A DNA stretch of 64,000 bases from Vezdaea acicularis (taxonomy: Eukaryota). The translations under genes were made by a program, and so were the position numbers. The stretch is from the NCBI GenBank assembly GCA_026025075.1, contig JAPEUI010000028.1:62001-126000 (forward strand). Reading direction: 5' to 3'. The first letter of the stretch is position 1. The number at the start of each line of letters is the position of its first letter. The notes under the pieces were generated by a model. It was not told the origin of the DNA. It did no database searches and saw only the letters and a program-made list of their open reading frames with translations. Shown in pieces: positions 11,477 through 23,675 of the stretch.

Positions 11477-13469
11477 TCTCGAAAACTTAGTCCTAGACCT
11501 ATCGCCTTATGAGAAGCGAGCTCTCCGCGACATACTTATCCAAGTCTCGTATCAAAAAGATATAGTATCGGCTCTTCCGCTTGAAATTGCGCAGAGAATT
11601 CTGCAATTTATCGAACCTCCACAGGCTTTTAGTCTTCGACGCGTCTCAAGCAGCTGGCGGGATATCCTTTGTTCAAAGGGCCTCTATAGCCTCATGATAA
11701 GACTCCACGATGGACAAGAAAACACAGTCCTATCTTCAGAAGCCCTGGAAGTGAAATTAAAGACTATTGCTGAGCGCTGGCTTGCGTTCGCAACGGGGAG
11801 ACCATACTCAGCAGTCGTCGTAGACATTCCTGATAACAGGTACAATGGCCTTCACCCTCCAGTCGCCTTTGCAAACGGCGTCCTTGCCTATCTTCATGAC
11901 AGGCCTGGCCTGGATTCACGAGTTGTAGTCAAAAGCTTGGCTGATAATAGTACCTTGGAATACTCCCTGGGAAATAGAGAAACATTGGTTGATCTATATT
12001 TCTCTGGTGGCGTCATTGTCACTCGTTCTCATGGCGGGTAAGTGCTTCTCTTAAGATATTTCTGTTTTGCCATTTTGGATGACCTCTCAACCTCTCTTTT
12101 ACTCGCCTTGACCTGCTCTGAGGACCGTTGCTATATGAAGCCTTCCATAGTTCCATTTCTAGTGAGTTGCTTGGTTGTTCAGGCAAGTTCCGGCTAGGTC
12201 TGGTATTTTCACGTAAATGAAACACCTTCATGGCAAGCGCTCAAGCTGCCTCTGACTAACCCTTTGTTGCATCCAGCCTCTGGAGCTAAAACGCCCCAGG
12301 CTTGCTCAACACTCCTTAGATATATGTAGTGCCTTACACTCACCTGTCAGTCAGAGAGAGGTGCAATGTGCTAATGGCCTCATTCTAGGGTATTCCTTGT
12401 CATTGAAACTACCGAACTACACATCAACCATTTTCGAATGCCTCCAATGTGGCAGACTGTCGCTGTTGGTGTTAGCTGTCATTATGTTATAGTTGCCGCC
12501 TATGAGGACCACGATAAACCACGCTTTAACATATACGATTGTCACTTGAACAAGAGTAGGATCGTACCCGCTTCAGTGAAGGGCAGAATGGCAAGCATCT
12601 TAATTCATCCAGACGAGAAGCATTTTACCACCTTCTCCCATCAGTCAATCACGCATGATCTAGCCGAAGGCTCTGTTCCCACCCCGAAGAGGTTCTATGC
12701 CATGCATGATGTAATCGAAGGCTCTGTTCCTACCACGAAGAGGTTCTATGCCGATACTTTCACTATAGATGATTGTCTTGCATCATCTCACGACTCGGTT
12801 TACTTTGAGTCCCAAAGAAGAAGCCAAGAAACTTTTGCTCCCTACCGTATCTCTCAACACAACGACTACGCAGTCGCAATTACTCTTCATGAAGGGTGCA
12901 TAGAATGCGCATTTGGACCTAGATCTCCCAAGCACGTATGCCAGAAGCAATGCGAAAGCTGTATCATATCATTCAACACTACTACTTTGAGAATTTCCAA
13001 GGTTATTCGGAGCATACCTCTCGAATACGATCATGATCACGAACCGTCTATGATCACTTGGGAAAATATCACATATATAATGGAAGACTCCTCCAAAGAG
13101 CCATTTGTCTTAATTGGCGAGACGGTCAATAATAATGACGTCCAGGCCCATAGCTCTGCGGTTAGGTCAGAGCTCTCTTCTATCTTTGAGCGAGGAGAGT
13201 ACTTACTTTGCCCCTCTCCTCCGTTGAATGAAAGGGGAGCTCTCGCATTACCTACTTCAAGATTCTTACCAACCAACGATAATCGCTTCATTGTGATCAT
13301 AAGGGAATCATCAGGGTTTAGCGGAGAGGCAGTTCGTCATGTAGCTGAAGTATACTGCTTTGATAAGAATGAAAAGATTGCAGAACAAGTCGAGTACTAT
13401 ACAGGAGAGCGACGGCCAAAAGAGGTAGAGCGTAGATTAGCGTGCAAAGCCGAGACCGCAAAGCATTAG
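11477..13469 (+). CDS. F-box protein; 5' exon(s) not resolved
   Basis: In-frame F-box LRDILIQVSYQKDIVSALPLEIAQRILQFIEPPQAFSLRRVSSSWRDIL at about 11520-11670. It continues through ORF 11694-12041, an intron at about 12040-12388, and ORF 12438-13469. Confidence 0.75.
12653..12752 (+). repeat. In-frame 51-bp tandem duplication within the F-box gene
   Basis: HDLAEGSVPTPKRFYAM / HDVIEGSVPTTKRFYAD; units start at 12653 and 12704. Confidence 0.9.
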
Positions 13470-14196
13470 ATCAATGAAATGGCTACGATGTTCCCATTTG
13501 GCCTCGCGAGCTATCAATGTCAGCATCCGTACGATCTATTGAACTAGCCCCACAGCTTGGTGACGCTGAGTCTGGAGTGCAACGGCCCTTCGGGAGGGTA
13601 GAAGATTCAAAAGGGCGCAGCCGACCATACAGTCAACTGCCACACCTAGGTTTAAGGGAAACTAAGTTGAGATGAACTCATCCAAGAATTTGTACGACCT
13701 GCACAAGTGACTGCTGACCAACGGTCCGGGATTGCCACAAAGGATGACAGGCCCAGATAGCAGGGAGTATTGAATAATACCGGAAAATGTCTAAAAGCCT
13801 ATTGCGATGGCTTGGAGAAACTAGAAGGCAGGAAGTCTTAGTGAAGTGCTTCCAAGTTTCGTTCTGAGCTTTGTCAGATGTGCGATATGCGACATGGACA
13901 ATAGCAGGATGGTGATCGCAACAATTCCAATGAGAAGACATGACGTTCTCAGCCATCCCGAAAAACCATCTAAGACAGCAGCGCTGTGTCATCTCGCCCT
14001 TGACCTGAAGGGGCCCGCATTTCAAGGTCAAGCTGGTTTTCACGCCTGGAGACTAACGTACGTAATGCGTCACGTAGCAGAGAGAGCTGATGACGACTAG
14101 CATAGTCGGAACAAGGTCATAATTCATCTTTAGCCCTACTAGGTTGGAGCTATAACGCCAGAACCGGAAACATGCATTTTTATATTCGCCCATAGG

Positions 14197-15400
14197 CTAT
14201 ATAACCAAATCCCATGCAACTAGGAACAAGCTGAGTCCACAAGAAGCGTAAAATACGTATTTGGCAGTACTCTTTCTCTCGGTGGCTTTCTTAAGCTCTT
14301 TATTGCCTCCTCCGATATTTTCTGTTGTCTGAAATGAGTCAGCAACGAGTTGATCAATGTGTGCTGATTGGACTGCCAGATTATTTGCTAATGTGGTTTG
14401 CATCTCTGAGATTTCGATAAGAGATTGCTCGGCGGTTCTAGGGCTCTTGTCAGCTAGATATCATTCTCAATTAACCTAATAGTCGCATACCTCACTTGGT
14501 CTAGGGCGCCTTCATAGTGTTTGAGCATGTCTTGGTTCTCCTGGGCGAAGAGCTGTAGCTGCTCTGGACTTAGTTGCTGCTCTATATGTTTCCTCTCTTG
14601 CTCATCTAATTGTGCTCCCTTCAAGGCTGTGTTTGCTGACCGCCCGTTGACTGAACTACTCTTATTTGAAGATTCGGCTTCAAGTAAAGATGCAGATATT
14701 CTCGAGCCTTGTGTCTTATAGAGCACGCTCTTGCTTTTTTCGACTTCCCTGATCAATCGTGTCTCCATCATCGACCGCTGGACCTCCCCACATTCCTCTA
14801 GCCGCCGTTTTAGATACCATAGAATACCATCTCGGTGCAATCTAATTCCATTTGCTTTTGCATCATCTGCCTCCTCCTCGGCGCTCTTCCCTTGCACTAA
14901 TCCTCCTGCAGCCCACTTCCCGAGAGCACCTAGGCCACCACGACCATGTTTCTGCCTTGATATTGTTGTCTCTGTATTCTGTCTCAACTGCTCTGCGTCG
15001 GACAGATTTCGAATTGCCGCATTAAGTTCTCGGAGTACTTGCTTCGACTCAGCGTCGATTTGGTCTCGTTGAGAGTCATTTAGATACCGCCGCTCTTTCT
15101 CGGCCTGGAAAGCTGTCAAGCCGGGTATGCGCCCAGTTGTTTGCGATCGCCTTGAAGGGATTGCTGTAGACAGATATGCTTGCCGTATAGAATATAGATA
15201 AGATCTCAATGAGATGATGTGAGAATTCTGTAACAATTATGTTATTTAACAAGTAGTTAAGCCACAATTCGAAAACCTACTATGCGGTATGCCTCTTTCA
15301 GAAACTCGTTTGTAGAAGGGAAGCTTGACCTTGAGGGTATTGCTGCGGATGCATCTTGTCGCTTTATTGCTTCGCTGAGCAATGGTGTAACATCAGTCAT
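14197..15400 (-). CDS. UFE1: ER t-SNARE syntaxin-18/Ufe1, 3 exons
   Basis: N-terminus MTDVTPLL…NEFLKEAYRI, SNARE motif (LFAQENQDML…QSAHIDQL…GGGNKELKKA) and a C-terminal transmembrane helix. Confidence 0.9.
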
Positions 15401-15836
15401 CTTTTGGACATCCTTTAGAGACTCGGAGGGCGAGAGAAGAGCCGTCAAACATCCATCAATACGAGTTCAAATATGAAGGAAGTTTAAGGGCAGGAAATTG
15501 ACAGCGCGGCAAATTCCGTCACGTATGGGCAGCGAAGATGTGGCTTCGGTCAACTACGAATTCCTCCCACGAACATGCCACTGGGTGGCTGTGAACCTTG
15601 TCAAATTATCTCAGTAGCACGAAGAACTTCCATCATTGCAATTTTAACTCAGTTGTTTGCGGAACAAGCATGCAAAGGTCACGATTCAGCCGACTTCAAC
15701 GTTGTCCCCCATCAACTGATCGGCACGCCTTCTTTCAGCCACAAGAGCTCCCAGTGCGGCGTCGGGTGGACGCCTTTAATTTCATTCTATTTGCGGAGAC
15801 AGCACTTCAGCTGGAAGTCTGTCCTGAACTATCATA

Positions 15837-18433
15837 ATGAGTGGTTCCGGGGGGGGAGGGGACGCAAAGCTCTTTGCGAGGGTACGTTTTGTGCTTTCTT
15901 GAGTTACTCAAAGCTGTATACATATGATTCCTTCTTTCACAAGCTCAACGGCATAAAGATGAGCTTTATATCCCATCCACATTTGTGCGCCTAGCAGCGT
16001 ATACTGCGATTGCCCTTTAGAGGCCTCATTGAACAATGATTTATATCTACCTAAGCCACAAATCTTCCCTTTACCATTATCGTTTCCCTTCTGTTATCCA
16101 AAAAGCACGGCTTACCCTATCATCAAAATTTGCAGGGTAAAGTAGCGGAGCTACGTGCGGACCTCCAACAATATACACGAAAAGATCAAAAGAACCACAG
16201 CGGCAAGAAGAACACCTTGAAAAAGATAGTGGCAAACATGACAATGAGCAATAGTGACATGATTGGGCTATTTCCAGACATCATCCAGTTAATGGAAATA
16301 CCAAATTTAGAGATCAAGAAGATGTACACATCTTATATCCAGGTGCTGCTTGTCAAGGTATTGATCTTATATAGGTGTTTTCTCTTTCTTGTACATTACG
16401 GCCGTGCTAAGCAAGATGCCGCCATCAAAACTCTTCCGATTCTCATTGCGGTATGATCTCACCGTAGATTACAAGACGATTGGATATCTAACCTTGCCAC
16501 AGGACATGAAAGATACGAATCCTTTGGTTCGAGCTTTAGCTTTGCGAACGATTTCTTACATCAGTGTCCCACAATTTGTGGATGCCACATTACCGCCATT
16601 GAGGGGATTGCTGAAGGATCCCGATCCATATGTTAGGAAGACTGCCGCTTTTTGTGTCGCGAAGCTATACGACCATGATAGAGTGCTCGTAGAGCAGTCA
16701 GACCTGATCGCGGGACTAAACGCCATGCTGCGGGATGATAATCCAACGGTTGTCGCTAGCTCCTTAGCGGCGTTGATGGATATCTGGGAGAGGAGCGAAA
16801 CCATCAAGCTCACGATTGACTATGCGAATGCCTCAAAGATCGTCCAGATTCTGCCTGATTGCTCTGAGTAGGTTGCTGTGAGAGGTCAACTTTGCAATCA
16901 GCGATTGACGTTTCATAGGTGGGGTCAAACTTATATCTTGGAAGCTTTGATCACATATGTTCCCCAAGATACCGCTGATGCTGCTCTTCTTGCTGAGCGC
17001 ATCTCGCCGCGACTCTCGCATTCTAATTCTGCCGTGGTTCTTACCTGCGTTCGCGTTATCCTCTACCTCATGAATTACATTGCCGATCAAAAAACTATTT
17101 CCTCCTTGTGTCGAAAACTTTCCCCTCCTTTGGTCACGCTCCTTGCTAAGGGCCCGGAAGTACAGTATCTAGCATTGAGAAACGCCTTACTAATTCTGCA
17201 ACGGAGGCCAGAAGTGTTGCGAAATGATATTAGGGTTTTTTTTTGCAAATACAACGATCCTATCTATGTAAAGGTAACCAAACTTGAGCTTATCTTTATG
17301 CTGGCAACGGAAAGCAACATTGAGGAGGTTTTGACAGAACTACGAGAGTAAGTGAGGATAGTCATGGCGTGAATGCTGTAGCTAATATGCGCAGGTACGC
17401 TACCGAGATTGACATACATTTTGTTCGGAAGTCAGTACGAGCTATTGGAAAGCTTGCTATCAAGATAGAACCTGCAGCGCGCCGCTGCATCAATACGCTA
17501 CTCGAGCTAGTTGCTACCAAAGTATCCTATATTGTGCAAGAAGCAACAGTCGTCATCCGCAACATATTTCGAAAATATCCAAACCAATATGAGTCTATAA
17601 TATCTACGCTCTGCGAGAACCTTGATTCGCTAGAAGATGCTGAAGCGAAGGCAGCTATGATCTGGGTGATCGGGCAGTATGCAGACCGCATTGACAATTG
17701 CGACGTTATTCTAGAAGACTTTCTCTATTCTTTCGCGGACGAGCCTGTGGAGGTCCAATTGGCACTCCTTACTGCGACGGTCAAACTCTTCATTCAAAGG
17801 CCCACCAAGGGTCAAGAGCTGGTTCCTAAAGTGCTCAAATGGGCAACAGAAGAAACAGATAATCCAGATCTTCGAGATCGAGGATATATGTACTGGCGAC
17901 TCCTTTCGTCTGATCCGGCGACTGCCAAAAAAATCATCATGGGTGAGAAGCCTCCTATTACGGCAGAATCAGAGAAATTAGACCCAACTACGCTTGAAGA
18001 GATGTGTCTCAACGTTGGCACACTGGCGACAGTGTACCTGAAGCCAGTCCAACAGGTCTTCCGCACGGCGCGTCCAAGGCGGCTGACTGATAGCCCCGCA
18101 CTCCAAAAGCATCTTTTACCGACAGCTCAAGCATATGATGCTCAGAAGACTCTGCCAGGCTTGGGATTTGAAGGTCAATTACCCGTGCAAGGGCGGCCGT
18201 ACCCAAATGGACAAGGTGACATGTCCGCGGCTACCGATGCTGCAGACTCGTATTTCGCTGGTTTAGGAAGCCAGCAGATGGCCGCGATGGAACTACGAGA
18301 TCCTGGTTTTCTTGGGAGCCCACCTGCAGGAAGCGTCGGTGACAGGCAGTTTGTCGTCAATCAGAGTCAACCACAGCAAGCTTGGGAGCCCCAGGCGGGT
18401 GGTGGAACCAACGGTGACCTACTATTACTCTGA
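15837..18433 (+). CDS. APL1: AP-2 adaptor complex beta subunit (beta-adaptin)
   Basis: Exon 1 MSGSGGGGDAKLFAR (15837-15881), a 254-nt intron, then GKVAELR…KKIVANMTM, NPLVRALALRT and DPYVRKTAA. The N-terminus is of the fungal AP-2 beta type rather than AP-1 beta. Confidence 0.88.
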
Positions 18434-18695
18434 TAGACCAAAAAATTGTAACATGGATATGGTATGGCGTACAGCATTACTGAACTAGGCTGGGAAAAGC
18501 GTGCGTAACTTGTAACTGCAGGGTGGGATGTGACTACCCTGATTTATGAGCCTTAACGGTAGTTTTAGTCCCCTCCCTGATAACTCTGGTGTACAGTCTA
18601 CATCAATGAAGCAACGACAAGAAGATTTTGGCGACCCTAAACGATTTCAAGTAAGAAGCGCCAATAAACTTCAAGATACGGACTTTGGTTATAGT

Positions 18696-19779
18696 TCAAT
18701 AGTCGTAGAAACCCTTTCCACTTTTCTTTCCTAACCAGCCGGCGTCAACCATCTTCTTCAAAAGGACTGCTGGCCTGTATTTACTATCCCCCATATCTTT
18801 GTACAAGACCTCCATAATCGCGAGGCAGGTGTCAATACCGATGAAGTCGGCCAGTTGTAACGGACCCATGGGTACATTAGTCCCGTTCTTCATAATAGTG
18901 TCAATGCCTTCTTTCGTTCCCACCCCTGTCTCCAAGCAAATGATGGCCTCGTTTATATACGGCATTAATATCCGGTTCGCCAAAAATCCTGGCGAATCTG
19001 CTGACATGCTAGGAATCTTGCCCATGCGCTTGCATAATTCTATGGCGGTATCAATTGTGGATTGTGATGTTTGTAGGCCGGCAATTATTTCCACTCCTTT
19101 TTGCACTGGGACCGGATTCATGAAATGTGTACTTATCACCCTTGAGGCTATAGCAAGATCAGTTGGGTTGTCTTTATTTGTTGCAGCTGCTATTTGGGTC
19201 ACGCTAATTGACGAGGTATTGGTGGCTAGTATGGCATGTGGAGGGCAGATTTTGGCTAGAGAGGAAAAGATTTCCTTTTTAAGTGATGGTATTTCTGGTA
19301 CTGCTTCTATTACGAAGTCCACATCTGAAAGCCTGTCGATTTCTGTGGTAGTCTCCAATCGACGGCGTGCGGAATCTGCATCGGACGCTGATACCCGACC
19401 CTTTGATACATCTTTAGCTAGTAAAGTATCTATAAAAGTAGTCAGAAGAAGTTAATATGTGTTGCGTCAGCCCAAAACGTGCCTGCAAATTTCAAGCCTT
19501 TATCAATTGAGGCCTGAGAGCTGTCCATCAACACAACGGGGATTTGCACCTGTCGAGCAGCTACCAGAGCTATTCCTAAGCCCTAGGTTTTCCATTGACT
19601 TTAGATAAATGGTCTAAGTATTCTGAAAAGGTGCGTTCTACCATTTGACCAGCGCCGACTACCCCTAGCTTCTTGACCTCCGCCGCGACCATTGTGCTAG
19701 AACTGAAAGGTCGAGCTGCGAGTGTTCTGACGATGGCCCTTCTTGAGAGGAATCGCTGACAGACTTGACTCATATTCAT
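18696..19779 (-). CDS. Mitochondrial 3-hydroxybutyryl-CoA / 3-hydroxyacyl-CoA dehydrogenase
   Basis: Arg/Ser-rich presequence, Rossmann motif GVVGAGQMG, and [35 protein letters not shown]. Confidence 0.92.
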
Positions 19780-19921
19780 AGTGTGCAATCATCTCTGGCC
19801 ATGTATCTGACGTTGAAGTAACTGTGGACAGTGTTTAGCACAGTCTAGCTACGTTACTGTCGCATGTGCTCGGCATTCGGAGTTCTTGCTCACTGCCCCG
19901 CCACACGTGATCGTTCTTCCG

Positions 19922-19954
19922 ACGCGTCGAATCGCGTCCACCAGAAAGTCGCGA
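19922..19954. promoter_or_regulatory. MCB-like (ACGCGT/CGCG) cluster upstream of TOF1
   Basis: ACGCGT at 19922, TCGCGT at 19932 and TCGCGA at 19949, within about 85 bp of the TOF1 ATG. Confidence 0.55.
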
Positions 19955-20005
19955 GCTAGAAGAGCTATAGCAATTGCAGACCACACGTTTGCCAATTAAC
20001 AAGAA

Positions 20006-23000
20006 ATGGATAATGAACAAGACGTCCATGAACGGGGAGCTTTTGGGAACCAAGACACTCAAGTTGTAGACCCTGAGGTTAGAGCATACGTCTACAGCCT
20101 GGTTTCCGCAGTAAGCCCCTATGTTTCGTTTGATATTTTAAAAATCGAGTCCCTAATCATGTCTTTAGCTCGGGGGCACTGGCGCAAACGAAGACGGGCG
20201 TTACGTGCTGGGGGATGATGCGCTTGCTTGCTTAAAGGACTTGAAGAGATGGTTGAAGCTCTACGACGAGCGGGCAAACCGCCTCGATGTTGCAAGATGT
20301 CTGGCGGAGGCAAATCTAGTCAATGGCGATTTGCTACAGATTCTAGGGGCGTGGCCGGAAGATGCAATAGACGATAGAGCTAAATTGAAAATAGCTCTGT
20401 CTTGCTGTGAGCTCTAGATACCTTACTTAAGAATCACGTCTAACGGCATGGCAGTGGAGCTGTTAGTCCCTCTGACTTGGCCGATCGAGAAGACAGACCT
20501 TCAGATGACAGTTAATCATCACCGTCATACGCCTTATCTTCAGCTAGCTCAAGTGAACTATAAGCGTGGTATCCTGGACAGCGATCTATACGATACCCTA
20601 CGCACTGTCGTGCGTATTGCATTACCCTCCATGGCAGAAACGATTGAAGATAGAAGCACTCGGGATGAAGGTATCATCAGATTGGTTCTTTATTTCTTAC
20701 GGAATATTACTATGATTAATCCACCTCCAAACCTTCATTACGACGGGAATGAGGACGAAGTCTCAAGATCGGCGACAATCGAGGCATTTAAGAGGCAAGA
20801 AATCTTTCATCTATTCCTTACTCTTGCATCGGGCATGGGCGAGGACTTCAATACGCAAGATGTAGTCCTCATGGAGGTGCTATTCCATTTGATCAAAGGC
20901 ATTGACGTCCAAAAACTTTTCAAAACCGAAGTGGAGGTCCTGGAATCGCAGTCTGACGAGCTAAGGGAGCTTATGAAAAAAGAAGCAGCAATGAATCGAG
21001 ATTATCTTCGCCACGCTCCCTCAAGACACAACCGGTTCGGTACAATGATATGGATCAAGAGGGATAACGCTAAAATGTCCACAGTATCAGGCCAGGATGC
21101 TCTGATGAGCAATCAGCGTGGCCTCGCAAAGATTGACGAGACGAAAAAATGGAAAAAACCCCGCCGACACGTCAAGCAACCAGATCTCAAGCAAAATGAA
21201 TTCGACAGCATCGTGGATCTGACGCCTTCGGCGGTTAAGGGGTTGCGTGCCTTTGTGGAAGAGTTCCTTGACTCGGGCTTTAACCCCTTATTTAGCCACA
21301 TCCGTAGAGCCATCGAGCGAGAGGCAGAAAGAGTCCTCGGCATGCATAGAAGGCAATACTTCTTTCTCGTAGCTTGGTTTCTGGGGGCTGAACGGGCCCG
21401 GCGTAAGGCCCACAAGGCCTACCTGAAGAAAGTTGGAAAGTCAGAGGTTGAAGCTGATAGCTTTGCCCTTGTCGCTAGCGTTCTCAACCAAGAAACCTTC
21501 ATTGCGCTCCAGCGTTTCATGGTTGAGAGCTACGATTCAAAAGAATGGCAAGACCTAAACGCTGCGATGCGCTGTTTCACTCAAATCCTGCTCATGGTGC
21601 GGGAGATGTCCGAGTCGCCCCTAGAAGATGACCAGGAGATCGCCGAGAATATTCAGAACCGCATATTCTATGAAGAAGCAACACATGATCAAATCGTCTT
21701 GATAGTGAGGTATTATAAAATCCAAGGCTTTGGCTATCTGGACGCTTGTACCGAACTCGCCCATGTACACCTAAGCATGCTCGAACGCTATTCAAAACAG
21801 AATGTTGACCTCCAGATCCGATCACGGCGTCGCACACGACGCAAAAAGAAAGCCACGCAGCAGCAGGACAACGTCGATGACAGCGACCAAGATTCAGGCT
21901 CGGAAGCTGAGGACATTGCACAGGCACACCGCATGTCCTCCGAACGGAAGTTCGACTTCACGCGCTTTGTCGCAAAGTTCATGACACAGAACTGCGTCGA
22001 CACATTCGTGGCCTTTACAAAGTACTACGCTGAGCTCAATCCGGAACAGTTGAAGCGAGCCCACCGTTTCTTCTACCGCGTGGCATTCAAGATGGACCTC
22101 AACGTGATGTTATATCGCATTGATATCATTGCACTCTTCCACAAGATGGTTAAGGGGCCTGGAGGACTCGACCCCTTAAATCCTATCTATAAGGAATGGG
22201 ACGACCTCACACGGCATCTTTTCAAACACATGACACGCAAGCTCGAGAAACGGCCAGAGCTGTTCATTGAGATGCTGTTCAGCAAGATGGGCCCGACGGT
22301 GCACTACCTTCAGCACGGCTTCGAGAAGTTGGTCTACACAGCGGCGCCTCGCGCAGCCGCCGATCTGGAGGTCAAGCCAGGCATGGACCTTAAAGAGCAG
22401 ATCGGCGTGGTCACCTCCATACTAATCGACCAGAACAAGACCGACGAAATAGAGTGGCTGAAGAAGGTCCTCGAATCCGCCATCGACGAGCGCCAGAGTT
22501 GGGAATCCATGCACGAAGCCACTCAAGCGGCTCCGCCTTCCCCCAAAGCTCTACCAAGCAATCCAGAAACCTCTTCAGTGGCCCCCCTCCAACCCCCAGC
22601 AACCAACGCCGAAATCCCCAAACCACCAATCATAACCATCCGCCCACCGAGCGACGCCCTCCGCATCGCAACCTTCAAAGACGCCCGCCTCCGCCTCCTA
22701 ATGAAACTCCTATCCCTCCACCCCCCCGAACCACGGGATAACCCGCACCTCCCCTGGACCATACCCTCCGCCCTCTCCCCCACCGACCTGACCACCTCCC
22801 TCACCCACCTGAACTCCGCCCAATTCGCCCCCCCGGTCTTCGACGCCGATCAATCCGCCACCGACTTCCTCCGCAGCGTCCCCGCAAAGCGCAACCCCCA
22901 CGCCGCCTTCGACGACGACGACGACGATGACGAGGGATCCGCATCCGACTCCGCAGCCAACAATGAACTCGACCCCCTCTTTCCCCCCGGCGGCCCCACA

Positions 23001-23675
23001 CCCCGCCCCCGCTCCGCCGCCCTCACCGCCCTCAAAGCGTCCCGCGGGAAAAAAGTCCGGCAGGAACTCACCGACGAAGCCGCCGCCGCGCGCGCCCGCA
23101 AGCGCAGAGAGAACGAACGAGAACGCAACCGCAAGATAAAATCCGCGGTGCTTGTCGGTGATAGCGAGAGCGATAGCGAGGCGGATCGGGAGTTTTTCCG
23201 GCTCGAGGAGGAGCGGAGGAGGAGCTATGCGAGGAAGGTGGGGACGATGATTGGGGCGGGGAGGAAGAGGAAGGGTGCGGAGGGGGAGGGGAGGGGGAAG
23301 AAGCGCAGGGTTGGGAAGGTGCCGGATGGGGATGCGAGTATGGATGAGCAGGCAGAATTTGGTGCGGAGAAGGACAGTTCGTCCTCGCTCGAGGAGCGGA
23401 GTGCGAGTGAAGGAGAGGCCGAGGACGAGGATACGGAGACGCCGCTCTCATCTCCGCATGCGGGTCTCGCGCAGGGAGCGGAGCGGAGTGGGGAGGAGAG
23501 CAGGGGAGGAAGAAAGGGTGGGGTGGCGCATGAGGGCGCGGCGCTGGGTAAGGACGTGGTGATACCTGATGCAGATGCGGATGCGGATGCGGACGAGGAC
23601 GAGGACGAGCTGGTGCGGACGATTCGCCGGCCGAGGACGAAGGCTGGATTCCTGGTGGACAGCGATGATGAGTAG
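20006..23675 (+). CDS. TOF1: Replication fork protection subunit Tof1/Swi1/Timeless, 3 exons
   Basis: YVLGDDALACLKDLKRWL, ELLVPLTWP, SRHNRFGT and AENIQNRIFYE, with a long acidic/basic C-terminal tail. Confidence 0.95.

Noticed and set aside
13570..13645. RNase P-like words (GAGTGCAA…ACCATACAGTC)
   Set aside because: No upstream CR-I/P4 strand and too little room after the F-box stop.
15882..16135. Long first intron of APL1 as a snoRNA host
   Set aside because: No convincing C/D or H/ACA box pair.
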